Shown here one piece after another: positions 18,097 through 26,890 of a stretch of 64,000 nucleotides of DNA. Positions within the stretch are counted from its first letter, which is position 1, and the number at the start of each line of letters is the position of its first letter. The position numbers were made by a program, and so were the translations under genes. The notes beneath the pieces were generated by a model. It was not told where the DNA came from. It ran no database searches and worked only from the letters and a program-made list of their open reading frames with translations. Source of the stretch: an uncultured Clostridia bacterium (GTDB lineage: Bacteria > Bacillota > Clostridia > Oscillospirales > JAAYOS01); the NCBI GenBank assembly GCA_947630675.1, contig CANRIN010000003.1, positions 4,530 through 68,529 of the forward strand, in the 5' to 3' direction.

Positions 18097-18879
18097 ATGA
18101 AACAATATATCGTGGACGCATTTACGGGCAAGCCGTTTGCGGGCAATCCGGCAGCTGTCTGTGTAATGGAAAGCTGGCCCTCCGATGGATCCATGATGAA
18201 GCTGGCGATGGAAAACAATCTGTCGGAGACGGCTTTTATTGTGAAGGAAGAACAGAGCTATCATTTGCGCTGGTTTACACCGGCAACGGAGGTTGAGCTG
18301 TGCGGTCATGCGACGCTGGCATCATCGTTTGTGATCCTCAACTTCTATGAGCCGGACAGCAGTGAAGTAAAATTCAACACGCTCAGCGGCGAGCTGAAGA
18401 TTAAACGCAAGGGAAATCTGTATGAAATGGACTTTCCAACCTACGAGTTGAAGGAAATCCCGGTCACGGATGCGATGGAAGAGGCATTTGGGGTGCGTCC
18501 GGTCAAAGCGGTGCTCGGGCTTGATCTGGTCTGTATTTTTGATTCCGAAGATACCGTCAGAAATATGGTTCCCGACCAGAAGCTTCTGACCGGCCTTGCG
18601 GGTCGGATCCAGAATGCCACGGCACACGGCACGGAGACCGATTGTGTGTCCCGCAGCTTCTGTCCGAAGCTGGGCATTGCGGAAGATCCTGTTTGCGGTT
18701 CGGCGCATTGTCAGATCGCCGCATTCTGGGCCGAACAGCTGCACAAGAAGGAAATCAGTGCTTATCAGGCGTCAAAGCGCGGCGGCTGCCTGCATTGCAG
18801 AATGGAAGGAAACGACCGCATCACCATCAGCGGAGAAGCTGCCTTGGCAGCGGTTTCCGAAATCGTTGCTGAGCTGTAA
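18097..18879 (+). CDS. PhzF family isomerase
   Basis: MKQYIVDAFTGKPFAGNPAAVCV... and ...ELCGHATLAS... are typical PhzF-family segments. GGAGGG lies upstream of ATG 18097. Confidence 0.85.
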   Translation: MKQYIVDAFTGKPFAGNPAAVCVMESWPSDGSMMKLAMENNLSETAFIVKEEQSYHLRWFTPATEVELCGHATLASSFVILNFYEPDSSEVKFNTLSGELKIKRKGNLYEMDFPTYELKEIPVTDAMEEAFGVRPVKAVLGLDLVCIFDSEDTVRNMVPDQKLLTGLAGRIQNATAHGTETDCVSRSFCPKLGIAEDPVCGSAHCQIAAFWAEQLHKKEISAYQASKRGGCLHCRMEGNDRITISGEAALAAVSEIVAEL

Positions 18880-18972
18880 ATCCCAGTTTGCCCGGACGCT
18901 GCAAAGCCCTTTAGAACTAAGGGCGCACTTCCATACATAAAAGAAATCGAAATTCGAGGAGAATTTGTCTCA

Positions 18973-19503
18973 ATGGCAGAAGAACATAAAATCAGGATCG
19001 ATAAGACCCTTGCAGGTAAGATTTTGGATATCGGAGGCGGCGGCGAGGGCATTATCAGCCGGGTTTATCGGCAGCAGGTTACGGCCATTGATAACCTGCA
19101 AGAGGAGCTTGACGAGGCTCCGGACATTTGCACGAAACTATTGATGGATGCGACAGCACTTTCTTTTGACGAGTGTACATTCGACCACGCAACAGCCTTT
19201 TATTCTCTGATGTATATGTCCCGGGAAGAACAAAAGAAAGCGATCGGGGAAGTATACCGGGTTTTGAAGCAGGGCGGCACCTTCCATATCTGGGACACTG
19301 TGATTTCAAGTGCATACCCCGTTCCTTTTGATGTAAGCCTTGAAGTCGATGCCGCCGGGGATATCGTACACACCACCTACGGCATTGTGAAAAGAGATAC
19401 GCAGAATATGGAGCTGTTTGTCGAAATGTGCCGGGAAGCGGGTTTTGTGCTTTCGGAAAAGTCGAGTCGTAACTCTCAATTCTATCTGCGATTTTTCAAA
19501 TGA
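18973..19503 (+). CDS. Class I SAM-dependent methyltransferase
   Basis: 176 aa with SAM motif I ILDIGGGGEG and a post-I acidic residue. Confidence 0.75.
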   Translation: MAEEHKIRIDKTLAGKILDIGGGGEGIISRVYRQQVTAIDNLQEELDEAPDICTKLLMDATALSFDECTFDHATAFYSLMYMSREEQKKAIGEVYRVLKQGGTFHIWDTVISSAYPVPFDVSLEVDAAGDIVHTTYGIVKRDTQNMELFVEMCREAGFVLSEKSSRNSQFYLRFFK

Positions 19504-19555
19504 GTTTGGCAGGTTTGAATTTATCGCCCCACCAACAAAAATTGAATACCACAAA

Positions 19556-19969
19556 AAGCCTCGCAGAGTTTCGCCGCCTGTCATAGACGGGCGGCGAAAT
19601 AAATTTCAATCTCGTTTTTCCGGCGTCAATGCGCCCACCGATTCATTGCGCACCGCAACTTTCTACAGGGCGCATCAGACCTCGGCGCTTCGCGCCGAGG
19701 TCCCAACTGTATACGCACCGTAGGGCGTCGGAAAAAACTCCCTGCACGGAGCGTGCATCGAACGGGCGCAGCTCGTTTCCGCGCTTGTTCGCGCGGTTGA
19801 AGTTGGCGGCTTCGCCGCCAACTTCGCGCAGGGCAATTTATTTGCCCGAGCACGTTTAATCGGAAGGGTTCCCACGCGGTCACTGACCGCGTGGGAATTG
19901 CGAAAGGGTGCGCAGGGCAATTCATTGCCCGAGCACATTTCGCGCCGACGCGGCGCGATTCGCCGCGAC
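19556..19969 (+). repeat. Mosaic multi-hairpin repeat, expanded type-I copy with nested modules
   Basis: Starts with H1 (agcctcgcagagtttcgccgcc...). The H2 arms (tttttccggc / cgtcggaaaaaa) are ~105 nt apart and enclose other modules (gacctcggcgc-ttc-gcgccgaggtc, also present at 569-593). It ends with the H6 tail ...gagcacatttcgcgccgac plus gcggcgcgattcgccgcgac, 3 nt from the stop at 19973. Confidence 0.85.
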
Positions 19970-19972
19970 AGC

Positions 19973-20770
19973 TTACACGGCAGCTCCATGCTTCCTGCGG
20001 CGTATGAGACCCATGACGAGGAGCGCGAGCCCTCCCACGGCAAATATCACGCCGAGGACAAGGAAGACCGTGCCGGTGGCGCCGGACACCTCCGCGTCGT
20101 TATTCGTGACGACGCCGTACCAGATACCGATGAGTCCGACGATGACGGCGGTCAGTCCGCCGAAGGTGAAGCCGAAGGTCGGGCTCATATCCGCGCCGTT
20201 CAGGTAGCGGCGCATCGGCTTGTTGAGCAGGCAGAGGACGACGAGCGCGAGCACCGTGCAGGGGATCATGTAGATGCCGTTGTATATGAGCGAGTAGAAC
20301 CACGGGCTGCTCATCTTGAGGCCGCAGTATATCTCCGGCATGTACTCCGCCCAGACGGTCGCGCCGACGACGTAGTGAACGGCGTAACGCGCGAGGCAGC
20401 CCACGAGCGAACCCCAGAAGATGCCGCCCGACTTGCCGTGGCCGAGGCCCGCAAGGCCGACCGCCGTGAACGCGACGAGGTAGTCGCCGAGGACGCTCTG
20501 CCAGCCTATCGCAAAGCCGCCGTTGAACATGAGCTGAATGAGGCCGTACACAAATGACGCGATGAGGCCCTCCGGCACGCCCCAGCGTACCGCATAGAAG
20601 CAGAGCGGGAGCATCGCGAGAGTTATCGAGCCGCCCTGCGGCATCTCCCAGAGCTTGAGGAAGTCAAGCCCGGTAGCGAGCGCCACCATGAGCGCGCCCT
20701 CGCAGAGCGCGAGGATGGTGGTCCTTAGTCTCCTGCCGCCCGCAGGAGCCGTGCTGTTCTTTGCAGACAT
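19973..20770 (-). CDS. thiT: Energy-coupled (ECF S-component) thiamine transporter ThiT, with C-terminal extension
   Basis: The start is MSAKNS (ATG 20770, GGAGG upstream). The core ...LWEMPQGGSITLAMLPLCFYAVRWGVPEGL... is ThiT-like. A TPP riboswitch lies directly upstream. Confidence 0.8.
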   Translation of the reverse strand: MSAKNSTAPAGGRRLRTTILALCEGALMVALATGLDFLKLWEMPQGGSITLAMLPLCFYAVRWGVPEGLIASFVYGLIQLMFNGGFAIGWQSVLGDYLVAFTAVGLAGLGHGKSGGIFWGSLVGCLARYAVHYVVGATVWAEYMPEIYCGLKMSSPWFYSLIYNGIYMIPCTVLALVVLCLLNKPMRRYLNGADMSPTFGFTFGGLTAVIVGLIGIWYGVVTNNDAEVSGATGTVFLVLGVIFAVGGLALLVMGLIRRRKHGAAV

Positions 20771-20782
20771 ATTTCTGCCTCC

Positions 20783-20830
20783 CAAAATAAAATGTACCGC
20801 AAGCGAACCCGATGAGGTGCATGCGGTACA
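20783..20830 (-). terminator. Riboswitch expression-platform terminator
   Basis: The minus strand reads gtaccgca-tgcacctcatcgggttcgct-tgcggtac followed by attttatttt, between the TPP aptamer and the thiT RBS. Confidence 0.7.
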
Positions 20831-20859
20831 CTGTCCTTCCGTATAGATCAATGTATGAT

Positions 20860-20960
20860 AAGCACTTCCCTACGCCGGCATTACCCGGATCAGGTCAAAG
20901 GGACCCGCGCCTGCGTTTTGACGCGATCACAGCCGGGGATGGCCCCCAGCGCCCCTGCGC
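20860..20960 (-). promoter_or_regulatory. TPP (THI-box) riboswitch aptamer
   Basis: The minus strand reads GGGGCGC..GGCUGUGAUCGCG....GGGUCCCUUUGACCUGAUCCGGGUAAUGCCGGCGUAGGGAAG. This matches the conserved THI element (CUGAGA-like box, ACCUGAUCyGGnUAAUrCCrGCGnAGGGAA). Confidence 0.85.
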
Positions 20961-21009
20961 ATATTCGCTTGTCGGAGCTCCCGGACGGGGCTCCGTTTAC
21001 GGTCAAGTT

Positions 21010-21930
21010 CTATTTTACATTGTTTTCGAGCTTTGTCAACACCTTTTTGAAATAGTCCGGCAGCTCTGTGGTAAAATGCAGTCTCTCCCCGCTTCTCGGG
21101 TGGGTGAACTCGAGCTCGCGCGCGTGCAGGCACTGTCCGCCGACGGCGAGCTCGTCCCGCCCGCCGTAGAGCGGGTCGCCCGCGACGGGGTGTCCGATGT
21201 GCGCCATGTGGACGCGTATCTGGTGCGTCCTGCCGGTCTCGAGCACGCAGCGGACGTGCGTCCAGCCGCCGTAGCGCGTGAGCACCTGCCAGTGCGTGAC
21301 GGCCTCTCGTCCTTCCGGCACGACCGCCATCCGCTTCCGCTCGCGCGGGTCGCGCGCTATCGGCGCGTCTATGGTGCCGCTGTCCTCCCGGAAGCCCCCG
21401 CGCACGACCGCCTCGTAAGTGCGGCGCGCAGTGTGCTCCTTTATCTGCTCCGCAAGGGACAGGTGCGCGAAGTCGTTCTTTGCCACGACGATGAGGCCGG
21501 ACGTGTCCTTGTCTATCCGGTGGACTATCCCCGGCCGCAGCTCGCCGTTTATGCCGGAGAGCGAATCGCCCATCCGCGCCATCAGCGCGTTGACGAGCGT
21601 GTCGTTCTCGTGCCCCGCGGAGGGGTGGACGACGAGACCGCGCGGCTTGTTTATGACGGCGAGGTCGGAGTCCTCGTACACTATGTCGAGCTCCATTTCG
21701 AGCGGCAGAAGCCCCGTCTCCTTAGGCTCGGGCGGCGTGTAGATGTATCGCTCCCCCGCCTCCGCGCGGAGGTTCTTCTTTGGCGGGACACCGCGCGCGT
21801 CGGTGACGAGCCCCTCCTCTATTGCCTTCTGCGCGGCGGAGCGCGTGAGACCCGCCTTCGCCGCCAAAAACACGTCGAGGCGGACGCCGGCGTCCGCCTC
21901 GGATACGGTAAATTCAATCGGCTCCGGCAT
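21010..21930 (-). CDS. rluD: RluA-family 23S rRNA pseudouridine synthase (RluD-like)
   Basis: 306 aa with an N-terminal S4 domain and the catalytic motif HRIDKDTSGL. Confidence 0.9.
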   Translation of the reverse strand: MPEPIEFTVSEADAGVRLDVFLAAKAGLTRSAAQKAIEEGLVTDARGVPPKKNLRAEAGERYIYTPPEPKETGLLPLEMELDIVYEDSDLAVINKPRGLVVHPSAGHENDTLVNALMARMGDSLSGINGELRPGIVHRIDKDTSGLIVVAKNDFAHLSLAEQIKEHTARRTYEAVVRGGFREDSGTIDAPIARDPRERKRMAVVPEGREAVTHWQVLTRYGGWTHVRCVLETGRTHQIRVHMAHIGHPVAGDPLYGGRDELAVGGQCLHARELEFTHPRSGERLHFTTELPDYFKKVLTKLENNVK

Positions 21931-22441
21931 CTTTCGCCTCCGTCGCTTTCTTTGCCGCAGTGCGCTTTCTGTCCTCGATGATAAAGAATATCAGGAACGC
22001 GGCGACGCCGAAGACTATCGCTATGTCCGCGACGTTGCACACGAAGTCGGGCAGCAGCGGTATCTTCGATATCCACGGGAAGTAGAGCATGTCGGTGACA
22101 AGTCCGCTCGCCGCACGGTCGACAAGGTTCCCGACGGCGCCGCCGAGGACAAACGCAAGGCACACCCTCTCCTTTGCGGAGAAGTTCTTGGTAAAGAACG
22201 CCGCCCATATAACGACAAGCGACATCACGACGCTCACCGCAACGAGCAGCCACCTCGCTCCGCCGAGTATCCCGAGCGACGCGCCGTCGTTCATGTGGAG
22301 CTGCACCTGCAAAAATCCGGGTATCAGCGTGAGCACCCCGCCATCGAGGTGCTCACGCGCCAGATATTTTATCAACTGGTCTATGACGACGACCGCCGCC
22401 GCTATCGCCGTAAGGACGGCGTTCAGCTTCGAGCGCTTCAT
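21914..22441 (-). CDS. lspA: Signal peptidase II (lipoprotein signal peptidase)
   Basis: 175 aa, 4 TM, with conserved LspA segments (GGAVGNLVDR, FNVADIAI-like CNVADIAIV). The start overlaps the ileS stop. Confidence 0.9.
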   Translation of the reverse strand: MKRSKLNAVLTAIAAAVVVIDQLIKYLAREHLDGGVLTLIPGFLQVQLHMNDGASLGILGGARWLLVAVSVVMSLVVIWAAFFTKNFSAKERVCLAFVLGGAVGNLVDRAASGLVTDMLYFPWISKIPLLPDFVCNVADIAIVFGVAAFLIFFIIEDRKRTAAKKATEAKDAGAD

Positions 22442-25191
22442 CAGAGCTTCTTCACCACAGCCGCGCAGCGCGGGCAGAGTCCGGGATGCTCGTGGTCATG
22501 GCCGACACCGACGTCGAACGCCCAGCAGCGCTCGCACTTCTCGCCGTCGGCATGCGCGACCTCGATAAGCTCCGCGCCCTCCTTCGCCTCGACCTGCGAG
22601 ACGATGAGCGCGACCTTCAGATCCTCCGCGTTCGCGCGGATGAACTCCAGCTCCTCGCCCTCGGCGGAGAAGATGACCTTCGCCTCGAGCGGCTTGCCTA
22701 TCTCGCCCGCGCCGCGAGCCTTCTCGAGCTCGACGTTTGCCTTGTCGCGGAGGGCGATTATCTTCTCCCAGCGCGCCGACTCCGCCTCGGTGGGCAGATA
22801 CTCGGCGGGCACGCCCTTCATCTCATTGAGCACGACATGGCGCGCATCGTCCTCCTCGCGGTGCGGGAGCTGCTGCCAAATCTCGTCCGCCGAGAACGCG
22901 AGTATCGGCGCTATGAGCCGCGTGAGACGGTCGAGGATATACCACATGGCGGTCTGCGCCGAACGGCGCGCGACGCCGTCCTTGTCCTCGCAGTAGAGGC
23001 GGTCCTTTATCACGTCGAGGTAGAAGCTCGACAGCTCGACGACGCAGAAGTCGTACACGGCATGGTAGACTATGTGGTACTCATAGCCCTCGTAGCCGCG
23101 GATGGCACGGTCAAGGAGCTTCGAGAGCTCGCCCATGGCCCAGCGGTCGAGCGGAAGCATCTCCTCCGGCGAGACCGGGTGGTTCGGGTTGAAGCCGCCG
23201 AGGTTGCCGAGGATATACCTCGCGGTGTTGCGTATCTTCATGTACGCCTGCGAGAGCTGCTTCAAAATAGCGTCGCTCACGCGGACGTCCTGCTTGTAGT
23301 CGGAGGACGCGACCCACAGGCGGAGCATATCCGCACCGTAGACCTTTATCACTTCCTCGGGGGCGATGCCGTTGCCGAGAGACTTGTGCATGGCGCGTCC
23401 CTCGCCGTCCACCGTCCAGCCGTGGGTTATGACCTGCTTATACGGGCTCTTTCCGGTGACCGCCATCGAGATGAGCAGCGACGACTGGAACCATCCGCGG
23501 TACTGGTCGTTGCCCTCCTGATAGAGGTCGGCGGGCCACTGCTCCGCGTTGTTCCTGCGGAGCGAGGCGATGTGAGTGGAGCCGGAGTCGAACCAACCGT
23601 CGAGAGTGTCGGTCTCCTTGCGGAAGTGGCGCTTTCCGCAGTGCGGGCAGACAAATCCTTCCGGAAGAAGCTCCTCCGCGTCCTTCTCGTACCAGACGTT
23701 AGAGCCGTACTCCCCGAAGAGCTCGCTCGTGCGCGCTATAGTCTCGGGCGTGCAGACGGGCTCGCCGCAGTCCTCGCAGTAGAACACGGGTATCGGCAGT
23801 CCCCAGTGGCGCTGACGGGAGATGCACCAGTCGTCGCGCTCGGAGACCATGTTCGAGATGCGCTCCTCGCCCCAGACGGGCAGCCACTTTATCTTCTTTA
23901 TCTCCGCGAGGGTCTCGTCGCGGAAGTCGCCCACCGAGCAGAACCACTGCGGCGTCGCGCGGAAGATTATCGGGTGCTTGCAGCGCCAGCAGTGCGGGTA
24001 GCTGTGTATCATCTCCTCGGAGGCGAAGAGGTAGCCGGTCTCACGCAGATGCTCGACTATCGCGGTGTTCGACTTCTCGTAGTACATACCCGCGAACATG
24101 CCCGCTTCCTCGGTCTGGTATCCCCTGTCGTCTACCGGGACGAGCATCGGGAGATTATACTTCCTGCCCGTGAGGTAGTCGTCCGCGCCGAAGCCCGGCG
24201 CGGTGTGGACGCAGCCGGTGCCGCTGTCGGTCGTGACGTAGTCCGCGAGCACGACGGCACTCGTGCGGTCGAGGAACGGATGCTGCGCCGTCATACCCTC
24301 GAAGTCCGAGCCGACGAAGCGCTGCACTATCTTATAGTCGGTGACGCCGCCCTGCTTCATCGTCCTTTCGAGCAGGGCTTCTGCAAGGATGTAGCGCTCG
24401 CCCGAGCCGGTCTCGGCTATGACGTAGTCCGCCTGCGGCGCGAGGGCTATCGCGACGTTGCCGGGGAGCGTCCACGGCGTCGTCGTCCAGATGATGAACC
24501 ATGTGTTCGAGATGTCGCCGAGCTTTCCGAGGTCGTCCGCAACCTTGAAGCGGACGTAGATGGAGGTGCAGGGCATGTCCTGATATTCTATCTCAGCCTC
24601 TGCAAGCGCGGTCTCGTCATTCGGGCACCAGTAGACCGGCTTCATGCCGCGGTAGATGTAGCCCTTGCGGAACATCTCGCCGAATATCTTCACTTCCTCC
24701 GCCTCGAAAGCCTTGTCCATGGTGAGGTAAGGATGGTCCCAGTCGCCGAGCACGCCGAGGCGCTTGAACTGCTCGCGCTGGCGGGATACGAAGTCCATTG
24801 CAAACTCACGGCAGGCGTCCCGGAACTCAGGTATGCTCATCGCCTTGCGGTTGAGCTTGTTCTGCTTTATTATCGCGCTCTCTATCGGCATGCCGTGGTT
24901 GTCCCAGCCGGGGGTGAAGGGAGTGTAGTGACCGCTCATCGCCTTGTAGCGTATGACGAAGTCCTTGAGGACCTTGTTCATCGCGGTGCCGATGTGGATG
25001 CTGCCGTTCGAGAAGGGGGGTCCGTCGTGCAGGATGAACTGCGGCTTTCCCTCGTTCTTTTTCAGCATCTCCTCATAGACGCGGTCCTCGTACAACTTCT
25101 CGAGCATTCCCGGCTCGCGCTGGGCGAGGTTTGCCCGCATCGGAAAATCCGTCTTTGGCAGATTGATGGTGGAATTGTAGTCGTTTGCCAT
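22441..25191 (-). CDS. ileS: Isoleucine--tRNA ligase
   Basis: The start is MANDYNSTINLPKTDFPMRANL (ATG 25191, AGAGAGGAAG upstream). It has a HIGH-type motif (GSIHIGTAMNK), a KMSKS-type motif (MHKSLGN) and a C-terminal Zn-finger (CERCW...CPRC). Confidence 0.95.
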   Translation of the reverse strand: MANDYNSTINLPKTDFPMRANLAQREPGMLEKLYEDRVYEEMLKKNEGKPQFILHDGPPFSNGSIHIGTAMNKVLKDFVIRYKAMSGHYTPFTPGWDNHGMPIESAIIKQNKLNRKAMSIPEFRDACREFAMDFVSRQREQFKRLGVLGDWDHPYLTMDKAFEAEEVKIFGEMFRKGYIYRGMKPVYWCPNDETALAEAEIEYQDMPCTSIYVRFKVADDLGKLGDISNTWFIIWTTTPWTLPGNVAIALAPQADYVIAETGSGERYILAEALLERTMKQGGVTDYKIVQRFVGSDFEGMTAQHPFLDRTSAVVLADYVTTDSGTGCVHTAPGFGADDYLTGRKYNLPMLVPVDDRGYQTEEAGMFAGMYYEKSNTAIVEHLRETGYLFASEEMIHSYPHCWRCKHPIIFRATPQWFCSVGDFRDETLAEIKKIKWLPVWGEERISNMVSERDDWCISRQRHWGLPIPVFYCEDCGEPVCTPETIARTSELFGEYGSNVWYEKDAEELLPEGFVCPHCGKRHFRKETDTLDGWFDSGSTHIASLRRNNAEQWPADLYQEGNDQYRGWFQSSLLISMAVTGKSPYKQVITHGWTVDGEGRAMHKSLGNGIAPEEVIKVYGADMLRLWVASSDYKQDVRVSDAILKQLSQAYMKIRNTARYILGNLGGFNPNHPVSPEEMLPLDRWAMGELSKLLDRAIRGYEGYEYHIVYHAVYDFCVVELSSFYLDVIKDRLYCEDKDGVARRSAQTAMWYILDRLTRLIAPILAFSADEIWQQLPHREEDDARHVVLNEMKGVPAEYLPTEAESARWEKIIALRDKANVELEKARGAGEIGKPLEAKVIFSAEGEELEFIRANAEDLKVALIVSQVEAKEGAELIEVAHADGEKCERCWAFDVGVGHDHEHPGLCPRCAAVVKKL

Positions 25192-25210
25192 TTTATTTCT
25201 TCCTCTCTTA

Positions 25211-25245
25211 AAACAAAGCAAGGGTCGTGCGGCGCACGACCCTCA
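25211..25245 (-). terminator. Terminator-like hairpin between divIVA and ileS
   Basis: The minus strand reads gagggtcgtgcg-ccgc-acgaccctt followed by gctttgtttt. It ends ~10 nt before the ileS RBS. Confidence 0.6.
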
Positions 25246-25272
25246 CGTTTTTTCCTTACATGGATCGGAGCA

Positions 25273-26181
25273 TCATTCGCCGTTCTTTCGATCGCCGCCG
25301 AACAGTTTTTGCAGTTCGTCCTCTTCCTGCTCACCGCTCATGTCGCCTATCTCCACGGTCTCTCCGCCCATGTCGACACGGCGTACCGCGTCGAAACGCT
25401 TTGTGGGCTGATCGTCCTTTATGGGCAGACGCTTTGTCGGCTCGTTCATCGAACCGTCGTTTTTCTCCTCAGCGGCTGTCGCGGCGGCTCCGGCGGCGTC
25501 TTCCTCCGCGTGCCGCCCGGTAATTCGCTCCTCCTCCGGACTTTCCTGCACGGCGGGGTTCGACGGAACGGCGGTCTCGCTCCACGCGGCGACCGTCTCC
25601 GGCTCCTCATGCTCCTTCTTTGCGGGCGCGGGCGACATCTCCATCAGCCTGCGCAGGACTTCCAGCTGTCTGCGGTTCAGCGCCGCCGCCTCAGCGGCAA
25701 ACCGCCGCGACTCGGCGCGCGCCTCCTCGAGGCGCTTCTGCTCCCGCTCTATCTTTCCGCAGATGTCTCCGAGCTTCTCCTCCGCCTCGGCGTGCGCCTT
25801 CGCTACTGCGTGTTCGCTCTCGGCGCGGGCGCTCTCGCTGAGCTGCTCGGCCTCTCTTCTGGCCTTCTCCTTTACGTCGGAGGCGTACCTGTCCGCCTCC
25901 GCGCGGGTCGCGGCGGAATACTTCTCCGCCTCGCTTTTCATTTCCTCCGCCGTGCGCTTTGCGGCGGCGAGAGTGAGGCGCATCTCCTCGTCGACCGAGC
26001 GATACTCCTCCACCTTCTCCGCAAGCGTCTTCAGTTTGCTCTTTAAAACGGCAGTATCCTTGAACAGGTTCTCATAGTCGGCGAAGAGCTCGTCCAAAAA
26101 CGAGTCCACCTCGCCCATGTCGTATCCTCCGAACACTGCCTTTGAAAATTTCTTCTCCTGTATCTCCTGCGGAGTCAGCAT
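25273..26181 (-). CDS. divIVA: DivIVA-domain cell division protein
   Basis: The start is MLTPQEIQEKKFSKAVFGGYDMGEVDSFLDEL (ATG 26181, GGAGG upstream), followed by a long coiled-coil and an acidic low-complexity tail. Confidence 0.9.
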   Translation of the reverse strand: MLTPQEIQEKKFSKAVFGGYDMGEVDSFLDELFADYENLFKDTAVLKSKLKTLAEKVEEYRSVDEEMRLTLAAAKRTAEEMKSEAEKYSAATRAEADRYASDVKEKARREAEQLSESARAESEHAVAKAHAEAEEKLGDICGKIEREQKRLEEARAESRRFAAEAAALNRRQLEVLRRLMEMSPAPAKKEHEEPETVAAWSETAVPSNPAVQESPEEERITGRHAEEDAAGAAATAAEEKNDGSMNEPTKRLPIKDDQPTKRFDAVRRVDMGGETVEIGDMSGEQEEDELQKLFGGDRKNGE

Positions 26182-26230
26182 AGCTCCCGCCTCCTTCTCT
26201 CGTTTTTCTTTGCCGGGCTTTTTCCGAAGC

Positions 26231-26704
26231 TCAGAAGTACAGCCCGCTGTTCTCGAGCTCGTCGATAAGGTCGCCGAGTATCTCGACATTGAACGGGGTG
26301 ATGAGATATGTCGCGTTCGCTATCTGCTTTATCTTTCCGTCATTTGCGTATGCAACGCCGCTGAGGAAGTCAAGAAGCCTCCGCGAGACTTCCTTCTGGG
26401 TGTTCTCGAGATTGAGGACGACCGTATGCTTCTCTCTCAGATGGTCGGCAACGTCGCCCGCTACGTCAAAGCGGTCCGGGTGGAAAACGACGACCGAAAG
26501 CTGAGTGGTCGCATGGATGTTTACTACCTTATCGCGCTGCTCGCCGAAGCTCGGCTCCGAAGAGACCGGGCGCGCGACGCTGCGGCTGCGGGGCGGCAGC
26601 TCGTCGTCTGTCTTTTTGCCCTCGTCAACGTCGTTCTCGTCCTCGTAGTCGTAGTCCTCCGCGTAGGGTCGGGCGATCTCCTTCAGCTTATCGAAAAGTC
26701 CCAT
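26231..26704 (-). CDS. sepF: Cell division protein SepF
   Basis: 157 aa with an acidic linker, then the SepF core (VVFHPDRFDVAGDVADHLREKHTVVLNLENT...ITPFNVEI). Confidence 0.9.
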   Translation of the reverse strand: MGLFDKLKEIARPYAEDYDYEDENDVDEGKKTDDELPPRSRSVARPVSSEPSFGEQRDKVVNIHATTQLSVVVFHPDRFDVAGDVADHLREKHTVVLNLENTQKEVSRRLLDFLSGVAYANDGKIKQIANATYLITPFNVEILGDLIDELENSGLYF

Positions 26705-26785
26705 TTTATCTATTCCTCCTCGCGGCTGCCCGCAGATTTTCCATTCCCCGTACGGCCGACCGCTCGGGGCACGCCGTACAGATAT

Positions 26786-26814
26786 ATTATCGTATTTTTT
26801 TACTTGATTGTCAA
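26786..26814 (-). promoter_or_regulatory. Sigma-A-type promoter upstream of sepF
   Basis: The minus strand reads TTGACA (26814-26809), 17-nt spacer, GATAAT (26791-26786). Confidence 0.5.
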
Positions 26815-26890
26815 CAAATAGTTTGGTGCATAAGAAAATATTTCTCGTATTTCCGGCGCTGCGGCGGCATATCCCGTCGAGAAAAGCCGC

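Noticed and set aside
22486-26046. 1186-aa plus-strand ORF, plus other very long ORFs antisense to known genes (42333-45092, 52363-54399, 54987-56657, 36661-38265, 29024-30703, 31438-32892, 49628-51214, 8024-9424)
   Set aside because: Each lies antisense to or out of frame with a gene that has an unmistakable family signature (ileS/divIVA, dnaK, pgm, relA, thiI, mutL, mutS and others). Their translations are Arg/Ala/Leu/Gly-rich low-complexity sequence. This is typical of stop-codon depletion in non-coding frames of high-GC genes.
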